Origin: Nageia nagi
Lineage: Eukaryota; Plantae; Pinophyta
DNA: 64,000 bases
Assembly: GCA_050084985.1 (NCBI GenBank)
Contig: JBITNC010000001.1
Span: 112,592,001 to 112,656,000, forward strand
Direction: 5' to 3'
The translations under genes and the position numbers were made by a program. Positions 1-13,250 of this stretch are shown in pieces. Below the pieces are notes generated by a model. That model was not told where the DNA came from, did not search any database, and saw only the letters and a program-made list of their open reading frames with translations. The first letter of the stretch is position 1. The number at the start of each line of letters is the position of its first letter.

Positions 1-1752
1 CCTTACTTCTATCTCTTTAATTTCTTTTTCCCTATTTGACTACTAAGGGTAATCATTGATAAGTCCTTATGCTACAAGATCAATTTCAAATTCTATTTTT
101 GATTCATTATCTAACTCATTATCGAATTCGACCATCTCATCATCTGAATGCTCACAATTAGCTTCTTCTAATGTTATTGATTCATGATCTTTTAAATTTT
201 TTACAAGTGGTAAAGACTACATAAATTAATGAAAGTTTAACTCAAAGATGGAAGAACAAAGCATACAAAAATTGACATGGCTTTCTATAGGAAAAATGGG
301 TTGCAGGCATTCCATTTCAACAAGATTTAGACCATGAATGATCCTACTTTGACTCGTTAGGGTGAACGACAAGAGGGGTAGCTTAGCTAACAGTATCCTA
401 GAAGATGACCTAGAACTATTTTTGGTCAAAAATTCATGGATAATATGAAATGAATGAGGTATGGTAAGATGTTTAGTAAATTTATAGAATACCTAGGAAG
501 CTTTAAGAATTCTTGGATTAACCTTAATTTATCTTCCATTAGATTTAGATCATTAGATTTTTTATATCGATAAAGGGTTAATTAACGTTTATTCTCAAAG
601 GTTGGATAATTTCTTCTTCAGGGCTCTCATTGTCTTCTAAGTCCCTGTGATAAGATTCATCATTTATTATATTTATGCTTATTTTACCAGGGTTATCATT
701 ATCTTTGGAATCTCCATGATAAGATTTGTCATCAAAAAAATTGGTTTTAATAACCAAAGGGACACTATCTTTATTTAACCTAGCACTTTTTCTTATCGAT
801 GTTATACCTTTCCATGATTTTCTTTTTCTTTTAGTTGGTTCAAGCTTTGATTGATTTAATGATAAAAGATCTAATGAATTGTTCATATTTGTAGAAGTTA
901 AGTTTCACGTCGGGTTCACCAAATGTTTACAAATATTTTAAGCATGCAAGCAAATAAATAATTACAAAACCCAAAATACCTGTTTCAAGGTACGAATAGC
1001 AATTTAGACCATATAAACAAATAGATGAAGATAACCACTTAGAATTAGGACAACAATACTAATCAAGAACTATAATGTGTATACTTACCTTACAAAGTGT
1101 ACCTAACATCGAATAATGATGATATGTTTAATATGTGGATGATAGAGAAATCTTACTCCAGAACCTATAACCTAAAATGCAACAAAAAGAGGATTGCAGG
1201 CAGTTTGTGTTATGGAAGAGGAGCATCGATGGTGTATTTGGCATGAATGAGGAGAATCGATGACCTTTGTTAAAGTGCTCTTTACTTCCAAATCAAGTCA
1301 ATAATTTGAATATAGATGTTTCAATCAATGATATGATATCCAGATAAATTATTAGTGTCAAGATAGCTTGCATAAGGAAGTACACAAACCATAACCTTGA
1401 ATGGCAACATCAAAAGACACCTAAAGGATTGCCACCACCAAGACCAGATATGGGATCATGTATCTCCTTGATGTGGACTTACTATTAGACCCTTATTTAT
1501 ATAGATAATAATATGACCTACTCCTTAGGTTAGCATGTACCTACTTAAACAGGGTTAGTCCACAATACATAAAAATATTCAAGATAATTAGTGATATTAT
1601 GATAATGTTCAAGATAAACATTGATATAATTAAATATTCTATGTGTGTATTAGTGCAAGAAAATGTATTTATTTAAATGCATAAATAAATTTTATGTGAT
1701 AACATGATGATCATAGAGATACAACCAGAATTTCTTGTCATCGACTCCAACA
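1..1752 (-). mobile_element. 5' part of a Ty3/gypsy LTR retrotransposon (5' LTR 924-1752, tRNA-Trp PBS, start of degenerate gag-leader region), running off the window's left edge
   Basis: The LTR is bounded by TGTT...AACA (tgtttac at 924, ctccaaca ending 1752) and has a minus-strand TATA (ctatataaataa) near 1493-1504. The PBS lies immediately inside at 904-921. It is followed on - by the basic/acidic ORF 886..578 (KRKRK...RKSARL), typical of the pre-gag region of non-chromovirus elements. Confidence 0.7.
904..921 (-). promoter_or_regulatory. Primer-binding site complementary to the 3' end of tRNA-Trp
   Basis: The + strand reads TTCACGTCGGGTTCACCA, matching the recalled 3' end (+CCA) of plant cytosolic tRNA-Trp. 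It sits 2 nt from the LTR terminus. Confidence 0.75.
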
Positions 1753-2059
1753 TAGACCATCTATGAGGACATCAAACTCTTATATCACTCAATTCTTTGC
1801 AACCTTGAATGTTAGGAGAAATCGTTGATTCATAGACCTTATTTATATTTTATTTAATATTTTTCTTATTTTATTTCCTCTGGAGTTGCACTAGGCACTC
1901 CCGTTGCTTTGTATATGTCCTACTTTACAGTCCTATTGACCTTTTTTGGTCACTAATGGATATTAATACAAATTCTATTCTATTTTATTCATACTCAAAA
2001 ATCTTAGTTGATAATTTTGAAGACTAAAATTTATCATACTCTATATTAGGGAATCCACC

Positions 2060-2340
2060 TACATTAGACAAAAAGTGATTACAACAAATCTTGTAGTACA
2101 ACGAGTTTCAAACTTATCATATCTTATTTCCAGCAATGGGTAACTACAAATTAGAAGCATCACATTAACCTTGAAGATTTTAGAATGATCACCTATTGAT
2201 ATATTATTGCTAAACCTACTAGAATTACTTTTTTTGGTTGTAACATCAAGAATTTTTTTTGATATCAAATGTTGAAGGAGCCACTTGACTCTCTATAAGG
2301 ACTTTTTGCATTTCTCAGGCTTATTGTATTCGATAATCTT
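2060..2340 (-). mobile_element. Degenerate Ty3/gypsy RT-RNaseH junction fragment
   Basis: The minus strand reads D-H-S-K-I-F-K-V-(frameshift)-C-D-A-S, matching the PDFSKxFxVxCDAS RNase H start motif. Confidence 0.45.
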
Positions 2341-2894
2341 TTTTTCTACTTCTTACTGTTATGTACATCAAAGCTACAGTTGATGCTTCCTTGCTCTTCC
2401 TATATGTATTTTTTTATCACTAATAACATTTATATTAAAATTTCAAATTATGTAAAAAATAAAAAATATATAAATTAAATATTAAACATTTGAAATCTAA
2501 GATTACACAAATAATTAAAATATTCCTTACAAGAAAACATAATAGCTTTATATCAATATTTATCATTATTAAATACTAAAATTAAAAAGAAACATTAAAT
2601 CAATACACCTCATGGTTAAGATATTTGTAGAGATGACATATTGTGAATATGAATGAGTTGGACAAAAGGAATGTTGGAGAGTAAATGAATTGGAAAAAAG
2701 TAACCATTGAGGATGATATAAGAATAAAATGAATATTAAATGGCATATTGCTGTTGAATTTATTTTTTATTTTTTTCAATTTGCTTGTTTTAAGAGATGG
2801 GAGAGGGAAAGTTTCAAGACACTTATGAAGGAAGTAGTAATATATATTATTTTCATATGACTTCTTCCTATTGGCATGAACATAGAATCATAAG

Positions 2895-3015
2895 ATCTCT
2901 TACTATATATTATCTACCATTTTAGAGTCGAAATATCTCTTACTGTATATTGTCTACCATTTTATAGTCATAATATCTCTTATTGTATGTTGTTTACCAT
3001 TTCTCGGAGCCAAAA
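2895..3015. repeat. 40-bp tandem repeat, 3 copies
   Basis: atctcttactatatattatctaccattttagagtcgaaat-like unit starting at 2895, 2935 and 2975. Confidence 0.85.
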
Positions 3016-3936
3016 TTGAGAGTGTCATCTCGATCATTAATTGTAAAGGTTGGTAGTGAATTGGGTTATCCATGATCTGTGTTGTTTTTTTGCATTGGAC
3101 ATCCTCTATTTTTGTGCATTGGACATTTGCATTAAAACTTTTGCAAATGGAATCCATGGCAATTCATCCAAATCAGGTTTTTAGACCTTATTATTCACAC
3201 CCTTAAAACCCTTTTTTCGAACCCTCCCCTCTTCCAAAACCCTTTGTAAAATCGATCACTCATGGTGAGGAAAAAAATAATCCGTTCCCAAAAATCCTAA
3301 TTCCAGGGCTGGAATACTCCTTTTCGTAATTGATTCTCCATCGCCTTCCCCTCCCTCAAGTGGATGGAACATGTACAAAGTTTGGCATCGAAAAATAAGA
3401 TAAGACTATAGTTCTAATACTACATCAATTGGTTATATGATATTATCCTTTTATCTAGGTCTTCTTTGTATTATTCTTCTATTAGTAAGAATTATTAACC
3501 ATTAAGGAACCATATCTATTAAAGTAAGTCCATAATTTATAAAGATTAATACCACACTCGAGATATTATGTTATAGATCTGATTGTAATATGCATTACTT
3601 GATAATATTGTTACACATGTTTTTAGCCCTCTCATAGTAGAGATTTAGAAAAAAACAAGTCTACCCAATAGTTTAGGCTCTCTCCACTATAATGCTTTAC
3701 GACAAAAGGTAATTTCTACCTAATCTAAGCATCATTATAGAGTTTCTATTTAAATCATGGATTGTATCTCATATTTCTTGATATGCTAAGTCCAACCGAT
3801 GGGTGACCATGTTGGCGTGGATGAGGTCGAGTGTGACTCTTAGGTGACTTTGATGGAAGAGAACCCCTCAGACACGAAATCTAATTCCAAGAAATTGACC
3901 CAAAAGGATGGTTTCATAAAAACAAATAATACACAT

Positions 3937-4058
3937 TATTATTATTTTTGATATCCTTATCTAAGCATGCACACACCCCCGTAGGTTGGAACCTGAGACC
4001 TAACCGACGTATTATCGCCAAACCCAAGGCCCTAATGCTACGCCACCCCACTAGGGCT
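3937..4058 (-). mobile_element. tRNA-derived SINE (~122 bp) with 8-bp target-site duplication
   Basis: On the minus strand: box A TGGCGTAGCATTAGG (4045-4031), box B GGTTCCAACC (3993-3984) and a 3' tail AAAAATAATAAT. Flanked by ATACACAT at 3929-3936 and 4059-4066. Confidence 0.8.
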
Positions 4059-5259
4059 ATACACATATTATTTTATCTTACTATCATCTTTCATTTAATT
4101 CTATAAGCTCATGATAGACCTTTTTATTATTGTGTAATTACATTGAGAGGTGTAAATACAATGACAACCAAGGGGTGGGAGTGGGAAGCCAAAATGTCGC
4201 GTCATCTATCTGGTAAAAAATATTTGGCTGACTATTTTGATTTTATTAAAATTTTAATACAAAGCATACTACATTAATTTTAATAAATATTTTTTATATA
4301 TAAATAAAATGTTTAATAAATTTCAATCACAAAATAAAATTAATTAGAATTCAACTATGTAACCATTTGCTATATCCAAGATAAGCATCTCAGGAATGAT
4401 ATCTCTCAACGTTTCTTGATATATATAAAGGATTATATCAAAGTTAGTACTATTTGCAATCATCTCATCTTCATACATGATGATAAATAATTACAAGATT
4501 TTAAGGTAGTTTACATATATTGCATATGAATTATATTTAATTATTGCTATTAATATAATAAAATAATTATAAATATTAAATTTAATATATATTAGTTAGG
4601 ATTATTTATCTAATAATCAAACTATTATATTTATATTTAGTAGATGAATTACTAACATAATATAAAAATATTTAAAATTTTATAGAAGAATGATTAAAAT
4701 TCTATAACTTTGTAGGTTCTTCTAATAATTTTATTTACAATAAATTTATAGTATATATAATATTCATATGATAAATAAAAATGAAAATCGCAATCAGTAT
4801 CATTTATTATATTAATTTTAATTAAATAAAATATATTAAAATCTTTTTTAATTTTTATTTTGAAGAAAGGTATTTAAATTTTTTAAACTACAAAATAATA
4901 TAATGCAAATGAACATGAAAAAAATGTTGGAATTGAACAAAATTTATTAGTATAAAATTTAAATTTAATTTTAATATATATTAAATATTTGATATATAAA
5001 TGAAAAATAAAAATATTACATGATAGCAATAAATTTATATAGCAAAAATCAAAATATTACATAATATGATAGCACTAAATTTAAATAATTTGGTATTCAA
5101 AATTTATAGCAAAAGTTAAAATCTTATCCATATCAAATTGATTCTTATTACCGTACTATAATTGAAGATAAAAGACGAAAATAGATTTTTGTAGAATGAA
5201 TTATTGATCAAGTGACCTAACTGTTGGAGGAGACGCGGACTAAAATAGCCGTTTATTAT

Positions 5260-6885
5260 ATTATTATTGCCACGTATGTTACTATTGCCATGTGGAAAGT
5301 TTTTGGAAAGCTGTTTTTCCGTAGACAATGCCCCAGAATAATAACCCTAGATCTGCTCATATTCATATTATTGGTAAATGGAAAAGAATAGTTCTAGTGG
5401 TGGTAAATATGGCGAGGGCAGGGTTGGATTCGACCTCGCATCCGAATGGAGATATATGTGGTGGCGGATGGGGAGATTCTGCAGACAATTAGCCAATCCG
5501 TTTATTTTGATGGACAATCCCCATATCCAAGACACCGACGATATCTTCCCCTTTGGCTAAGGTAAACCAGAGCACACAGCTATCCTATAGTTCTGTAACT
5601 GCATAGTGTTTTTATATTGCAGATATAGAGAGGACTGCGTCCGTCTGTGGCACTTCTCCTGACCAGAAGTTCTCCGCGTTTTGACTACTTCATGGAAGAA
5701 CTGCAGACTCGTGTGAAGTCTTTGAAGAGCTATAGTACGAATACCGCCGGTGTAGGTTTATAAATATAACGCTTTCAGATATGGCAATTCAGCAATTTAA
5801 ACATGCCCGCGTTAGATTTCTCTGTTACTAAAAACCCAATTACAACATCATCCTTGAACTACGGTGAGCGGTTCTTTTCTGTGACCGAATCCTAAGTCTC
5901 CACATTCTTTTGTTTTTCAATAAGATTATTATTATATACTATTAATCTTGCATACGCTTGTTCATTGCAGAGACTCCAACAATGGCGTAAATACGAAAAG
6001 GAGAACAACGGACACCATATGTCATGACGCCATCTTCAAAATACCCCATGCCGATATCACGTCCCTCGCATCTAAGGTAACTGCATTGTATATAGTCATT
6101 CTCAATGACTACTTTGAATGCAGATTTCTTTTCAACCGCTTATTCAGTGCTTGGATGTTGACAACCTAATCCGGAGAAGAAAAGTGAATTTTACTAGAGT
6201 TATATCAATAACAAACATTCTTTTCTCCAAAGCTTGCAGTTCATTCCAAGAGTTTTCTAATCGATGTGAACATTTTGCGGGTACTCATTACTGACCCTTG
6301 CATCAGAAGTTATCTTCCACTTAATCTATCCATTTAAGTGGCAGGTCAGATGCATAGTCTAATCACCTTATGGAATAAGGATTTTCCTTTCCTTTCCATA
6401 GTTTCTTGACTTTCTTATTGAAGCTATTTTCTTATGGGAATAATTATATAGTCTATGAGTCATCCCAGCCATTGATTGTGGAGGTTGGTACTGATTGGGT
6501 TATCCATGATCTGTGTTGGTTTTGTATGTTGGACGTCCTCTGTTTCTGTTGTATTAATTGGTTTATCATTATAAACTCTGCAAAATGGAAATCCTCTGTT
6601 TCTGTGTTCTGATGGCACCAAATTGTCTGCAGGCTTCAATAGTTTGATGGCAGATACATATTAAATATTTTGTAAAATAGGCATCCTCTGTTTCTATATT
6701 CTGATGGCACCAATTGTTTGTTTAATGGCAGAATCAACTAGGTCAACTCGTCGTGCAGCTGCCATGGCTCCTTAAGGCAAGGAGGTGTCCTTATCTCTTA
6801 TGATCTAAATGGAATACTATCCATTTGGTGAGGGAGCATGCAAACGGATCCTGAATATATGGGATGCGGCGGAATTGGTCGAGGT
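5260..6885 (+). pseudogene. CpG-richer promoter-like region and short putative exons (about 5485-5561, 5623-5755, 5971-6076, 6733-6884); possibly the decayed 5' end of the E1 gene
   Basis: GCCACGTA and a TATA-like aatataa lie near 5270-5345. Several AG...GT-bounded GC-richer blocks follow (tgcag|...aag|gtaaac; tgcag|...aag|gtaact). The last block has a frameshifted R-I-L-I-Y-G-C-G-G-I-G-x-E-like stretch resembling the first E1 adenylation-domain glycine loop. No continuous ORF can be assembled. Confidence 0.35.
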
Positions 6886-9849
6886 TATTCTTTTACTTCT
6901 TTTATCTAGACATGATGCGCTTTGAACATAGTTACGGTTTCATATTTATCTGCAGCGAAAGAAATGTTGAATGATAGTTATATATATATATATTTGTTTG
7001 TGGTGAATTATATAGACAGATGAGTTAAGCAAAAAAAATTTCTATAGGTTTTGAACTTTCTTGCTAAATGGGTTATTCTTAAATTGAAAGGTTATGTTCT
7101 CATGTTTCTTGTTATATAATTTCTGTTACATTGTTTTTAAAATTTTAAGTAATCATAAAAAAGTTTCTTACAGAAAACAGAGCACCCCGAGAATAATTAT
7201 ATAGTCTATGAGTTCATGTATACAATCTTTGTACTCAATATTGCTTTCAATATTGAATACAAAGATGCATTCTAAAGTATCCATGTGTTGTGCAGAGAGG
7301 TTTAAGAAGCATATGCTTGTTTGATTTACACTTTTATTATTGTTATTCAGTAATTTTAGTTCTATTGATCTCTTATATTTTCGTGCAATACGAAGGCAGT
7401 TAGTTGTGTTTTGCCTGCTTAAAATAAATAGGGCTTTAATGTTGAGAATCTTTCTCCAAGATAATGTTCTATAGAGCTATCAAACTGGACTAAAATCGTC
7501 ATGAACTTGTTATAATTGTTTGAGCTAGACAAAAAATAGTTCAAGTCCCAAATTCTTGATGTCGTACAATAATAGATATTAAGGGATCCTCATCTTCAAA
7601 TGTGGTTTGAGGATGGTCTACAATATGTTTCATATTGTATTTTATGGTGCTCAAGCTCCAGCTCCAGTTGTAGAGCAGGGAAGTAACACATGCATTGTCG
7701 CCAACGTCTTAATATAGAAGTTGAACAAACCTGCAATGTTTATCGCACTTTGTTGTTGATGGGGATATAGCAGTACATACATAACAAGTTTCAAGACTTT
7801 TCTGGTGCAATAGTCTTCTTCAAATTCAAAACAACTTCCAATTTGTTATAAACTGACCAATTTGATACTAGTCTTATAAAATGTTCTTATGTCTATCACG
7901 GTTACTTGATATATGTGCAAGTATTAGCTTTGAAAAGCTATATATTGAAGTTATAGGCCACATAAGTAGTATTCTCCATTGGATCTCACTAATTATCTTT
8001 TAAGATTAGTTATTTCTACAGATCCTAAATAAAAGAGAGTGTCATGTCATAGATTTGTTAAATTCAAGCTAATTAGTATTGACATTTGCAGGGCAAATAA
8101 TAGTCAAAGTGCATGGAATAATTTCTTACAATAATTCTGACATATTGGTTCAAGATTGCTAGGATGGGTTGAATCAAACTTATCCCTAGGATATCAGTCA
8201 CATTGTTAAAGTGGAATCCTATTGTTGGTATTGTTGATTTGAATGTATTTTTTCAAGTTGTTCAGACACTTAAAAGAGGAAGTTCGAGCATTTGCACAAG
8301 CTATTACAAGGAAACGTTTCATGTGAAATGGGATGTATATATCTAAATCTCTTCTTCTTGGGAACCTTTTGGTATCATGCTTCAACGCAAATTTTTCCAC
8401 TAATATAAAAGTTTACATCGAAAAATTATAGAACTTCTTTGTTGTGTATTGGTCATTTCATTATGGTTCAAACGAGAATTCAATGTCATAGTTTTGAACA
8501 CGAAAATGTTACCATGCTATATTTGTATATTTTGCATATGTACTTGGATAATTAATTCTTGGCATAAGATTATAAAAAAGAAACAATGGTTCAACAAAAC
8601 GACAATTGAAGTAGGTGTAAATCATTGTTCATGGATCTTCTCATCATATCATCACTAATAATTAGAAGAAATTATAAGGTTCTTCAATAGTGGCATGAGA
8701 TTATATTATCACTAACCAACGCAGCACCCATCAGCTTACATGATAGCCTATTTAGATTGAGAATATGTAGACATTGTACCTAACCTCTTTATCTAGCTTA
8801 TGTTTGATGTAAGAAACTTCAAACACATGGTGCACAACTATGACCTCAGGATCCAGAGGCAAGAGTTTAGTATATGACATCAATACCCCTGTCAGGGCAA
8901 GGTAATGCAAAATCTTTACTTATTAGATAACTAGTGTTAAGTTCGTGAATTTATGTTATCCTAATACTATTACATAATGTAACTGAGATACCTAACATTA
9001 GGTTTACTTGTTCATTTACTAAGTGATAAATATAAAAAGTAGGTTTTTATCTATTAAATAATAAAAATGCCATAAATTTTAAATTGCCAACATTTTTTCT
9101 AATTTGTTGGTATGATATTTTATCTATTTATGATATTACTACCCTTTCCATTTTTATATCGTTGTTAATCATTCTTTATTGCTTTGTTCGTGTGGATCTT
9201 ACCTTGATGTTCGTTCCGGCTTACCCTGAAGACAATATTATAAGGTGATTTATTGCTTCCAAATTATATTGACACAAAACATAGGAACATAAACTTGAAA
9301 ATAAAAGTATCATTGCTCTGATGATGAAAGCTATCTGTTATAAAATTTGAACACTATGCTTGTCAGGTATGTCAAAACCTCCCAAAGGGAATAGATGCTA
9401 CAGTCCAAAGAAACCATGATATATTCCATAAAGCAGCTACCTTCATTTTCAAACTAAGCCAAGACAACCTCAACCTCACAATTATACAGAGTTGAGGAAA
9501 GGAAAAATGGAACTACCTATTGAAGAAGCTGAAGCTGAATAAAACTCGATGGATTAATTGATAATTTGATATACTAGGTTAAACCAATGAAAAGTATCTC
9601 TTCTCCATGAGTAGAAAGTATAAAGTTGAGGAAAAGGAAAATATGCAAGAAAGAGGCTTACTTAAGCAAGGTGGGTTGGTGAGCTCTCCAAGAAGTAGGC
9701 CAACTTGGGTAAGGTGGCTTAATTAAACAGTGGGGAGAACCCAACTTTAGGAAGGTGGGCTACTTAACTACTATAAGGTTGATCCATAACTCTGAAAAAT
9801 TTCCTCAAAATTTTCCTATTGACCTACCCTTCTAATAAAAAACTAGGAA

Positions 9850-12800
9850 GTTCACTTTGTATAAGAAAGCTTTTAAGTAGCAGGTTGGAACCAGACGTTA
9901 ATGTTTATCCAAATGGCATCTTCACCAACTTTGAGCTGGACAATTGACCATAATAAACAATCATTAAGAAGGGGGCCATAAAATACCCATAACTACGAAG
10001 GTCTATGTTATCTAATATCCATCGAAGGACTGTATTTCAGTTCTATTGTTAGGCTTTTATTTTTCTTTGACCTTTTCATCTATTGCATTCACCATATTTT
10101 CTAATTTAATATCAGTAGTAGTGACTGAAAGGTCATGAACAAACAAGACTATTGAAACTTTATAGTCCACTGCAGAAGAATTTCTCACACTTGACCTTTC
10201 TGGATGACTCTTTCAATTCTATTTGCAGTGATGGTTTGTACTTCCTTTAAGGTTACTCCCTTGATAAGTTGATTGTCTTCTCAAAGAGTGCAAGCATTGC
10301 ACTTGAAACACTAAATGTGCTCCTCCATGAGGAATTACATATTAATCATCAGTGATTTGATGTCCATCTAGAACCTCTATAAGTTTCCTTTCTACTTGCT
10401 TGCAAGAAGGGGAATAACCATTAGCTACGGACGGACACATAAAAGCCTCCAAACTTTTCTATTCTTAAACAGATGTAGACTGCTACACCTTGATCTACAA
10501 AGTTATGGGTGGCTCCATCATTAATAAGAGCTACAATTTGCTGCCCATCGATTCTACCCTTCACTCTAAAAAGAGTGATATCTAGAAGTTCGCGACAATG
10601 CTTCTATAGTAGTAGGTGACTGCACCTCTTCTATTGTTTTTGTAACAACAAACTATTGTCTCCTTCCCTTCGTTTTCTCGCTATTTTACTTTTGCTTTAA
10701 ATTCATCCTCTTCATCAAAGTACTACTCAATAAGGTGTACTCCTTTTTCTATGCAATGATTTAGGGCGTCCATAGATATTTGCATGTGAAGCATGGTTGT
10801 TTCCTTCTCATCTCATTCTGAGTCATCTCTTGGTTTGGCAGTCTCTTCCATGTAGGATTGGTATTTGATTGATTAGGAGGGCAAGATGGACCAACTCTTA
10901 GTCTTTGTGGAAAAGGCTTGTATGAGTAACTGGAAGATTTTGGGGCTATCCCCGTAGTAGTGCCTTTAGATGAGGATCCTAGAGAAGTTTTCTAGGAAGA
11001 AGAGTTCTCTAATGTGAGCTCTTTCTTTACTGCTGCTTGGAGTGAAACGGGGTCAAAAGTCTTAACAAACTTTTGGGTGCGTTCTCACAATTACTCTGAA
11101 CAAATAGATCAATTTCTCTTTTGAAATGCTATGTACCATGACTGAAATTCTATAGAAATCAGCAATATATTCTTCTGTTGTCCCTTGTTGCTTTAAGTGT
11201 GCCAACTCTCTAAAGTGCTTCTCAAGGTTGATGACCTCAAAACGGTCTAGAAGCTTTTCGCAGAACTGGTCATAGGTTATCACCAAGTCATGTTCTTGTG
11301 TCACTAACCCACGGTACCATCATTCGTGGGCCACTCCTTCTAGATGAAGGATTGCAAATTTTAAGGCTTCCTTCGCATACATAAAGCTTAATAAGAAGTA
11401 TCTGTTTAGCTTTTAGATCCATGCTTTGGCTGAAACCTTATTAGACTCATCAAATGAGGGGACAATAAGCTTTACAAGGTGGTGCTACAAATCCCTATGA
11501 GGCTGATTGTGAGCAGGTCCATGAAGGAGATATTCCCTTGAAACGTTACACTCTTCGCTGCATATTCGGCACGGAGGGCATCTAGGTCATCCGTATGTAG
11601 GTCCATCATGTCATTTCTTTGCTGCATGGTCTTCTTTTGCCAAAAATGTCTCGTCGTAATTTGGAACCAACTACTGATTTGGGTGGGGTATTATGTGGCA
11701 CAAAAAAATTTATGTTTCTCCATATTTATCATTTCCTTGGGGTATAGTAGTGGGGTTTAATATATGACGTCGCACTACCCAAGTGAATATATCATTGAGT
11801 TGTTGTTGTCCATCCTTCAATGCTCCCATTGTGTTAAGAAACTCCAACTCTTTGTTATCATTTGGCATCTTTTGTAACTTCTTTTGTTTTTTAGCTGATA
11901 TCTGATTTCTCTATTGTTGGTTGACAGGCACAATATTTAGGCAACTGTGCTTTTCCCACAGGCTAGTAAATATACTACAAATCTACTCTACTCAAAACTT
12001 AACAATCAAGGCCTCTATTTTCATGTTCATGTCACATGCAAGCAGCTTTCTGATTGGGTATCTATCTTGGATACAAAAATTTATGCATGCTTGCACATCA
12101 CATTTAATCCTCTAACTGACATGCAATTCCTTATTCTCCCTTAACTGGCCAAATCTAAGCTCTAATACCATTTTAATATCCCAAACAAGATGAAACAAAA
12201 CAAAACCCAAAAAATATAATATGCTAATATTTTTGATATTTTCTGATATTAATATTTTTCTCTTTCACAAACCCTGACACTAGATTTGTAGCATAACTTG
12301 CATGGATAGATCCCAAAAAATAGAATGGATCAAGACTCGTAGACCAAAAAACTAAACTACCGAGCATTCCTTGGTTGAGTAGAATCTTGAAACTTGATAG
12401 TCTTTGACGTAGAAAGAACCAGTGAAGGGGGACATCTTCAATTGTTGTCTTTGAAGGTGGAGAAGGAACATCCTTAAGCCCCAAATTGTTGCTGCTGGGC
12501 AGACCCGAAAAAGATTTCCAAAAAAGCTTGTCACTTGAAAAAAGAAGTACAATATATAGAACCTCTCAATAGGCCCCAATTATTCACTTAAGCATGTGGT
12601 TTAATCTAACTTTTTTTTAATTTTTTTAATTATTACAAAATAATAAAATCAAGAGTTAAGCAAATAGGCTCACGATAAAATACAAGTGAAAATATTTCAA
12701 TATTTCAAGAAAATAAGAATAACATCTCCTTTTGAAAAGCTCTCACCATTGTAAGATAGCAAAAGATTGCGTTCTTCTATGAAAGGGGTACTAATCAACA

Positions 12801-13250
12801 TCGTTTCAACTCAATCTTACTTAACACACCCACTATCACTTATCTACTCTGATATAGAGCCTTCTTACAAGAAAAACACAAGTTCTTGATTTCTTTTCTC
12901 TGGTACAAAAAATTGTGTGAGCATACAATGTTTCTTAAAGACTTCACACTCTTACAACACACTCCACAATAAAGACTCATTTGGGCTTTTCATTTGAATT
13001 GAGTCTTGCTTCTTTCCTTGATTTTCATGCCCATGGAAGCACCTTTATTTTAAGCTTTTGGAAAGTCTAGATAATTCTAATTATCTAGATTATTCACTAA
13101 CTCATCCTGATCCCACTGTCAACATTTTACATTACATCATGAGAATCATACGAACTTCATTTTCAGAATTTTTATGATATAGAAACCAATAAACCATGAT
13201 GTGAGATACTTACTAATTACTGGACATAATATTCTAAGGCACACCTTATC
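9850..13250 (-). mobile_element. Degenerate Ty3/gypsy chromovirus-type retrotransposon (5' LTR, PBS-Met, gag, protease, truncated before/within RT)
   Basis: PBS TGGTATTAGAGC on - (12170-12159) next to an LTR end at ~12172. Gag ORF 11304..11062 (FCEKLLDRF...ELAHLKQQGTTEEYIADF). Zinc knuckle CFTCKYLWTP near 10770-10795. Protease VALINDGATHNF near 10500-10540. The outer LTR boundary is approximate. Confidence 0.8.

Noticed and set aside
904-921. tRNA-Trp gene
   Set aside because: Only the 3' 18 nt including CCA are present, next to an LTR end, so this is a PBS.
3970-4058. tRNA gene
   Set aside because: No complete cloverleaf; the tail and TSD indicate a SINE.
7600-9250. Further candidate E1 exons (e.g. 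~8092-8230, ~8820-8901, ~9180-9245)
   Set aside because: Splice-like signals exist, but I could not match any frame to E1 motifs.
13066-13089. Perfect 11-bp inverted repeat as terminator or regulatory hairpin
   Set aside because: A single AT-rich palindrome within an LTR region, with no supporting context.
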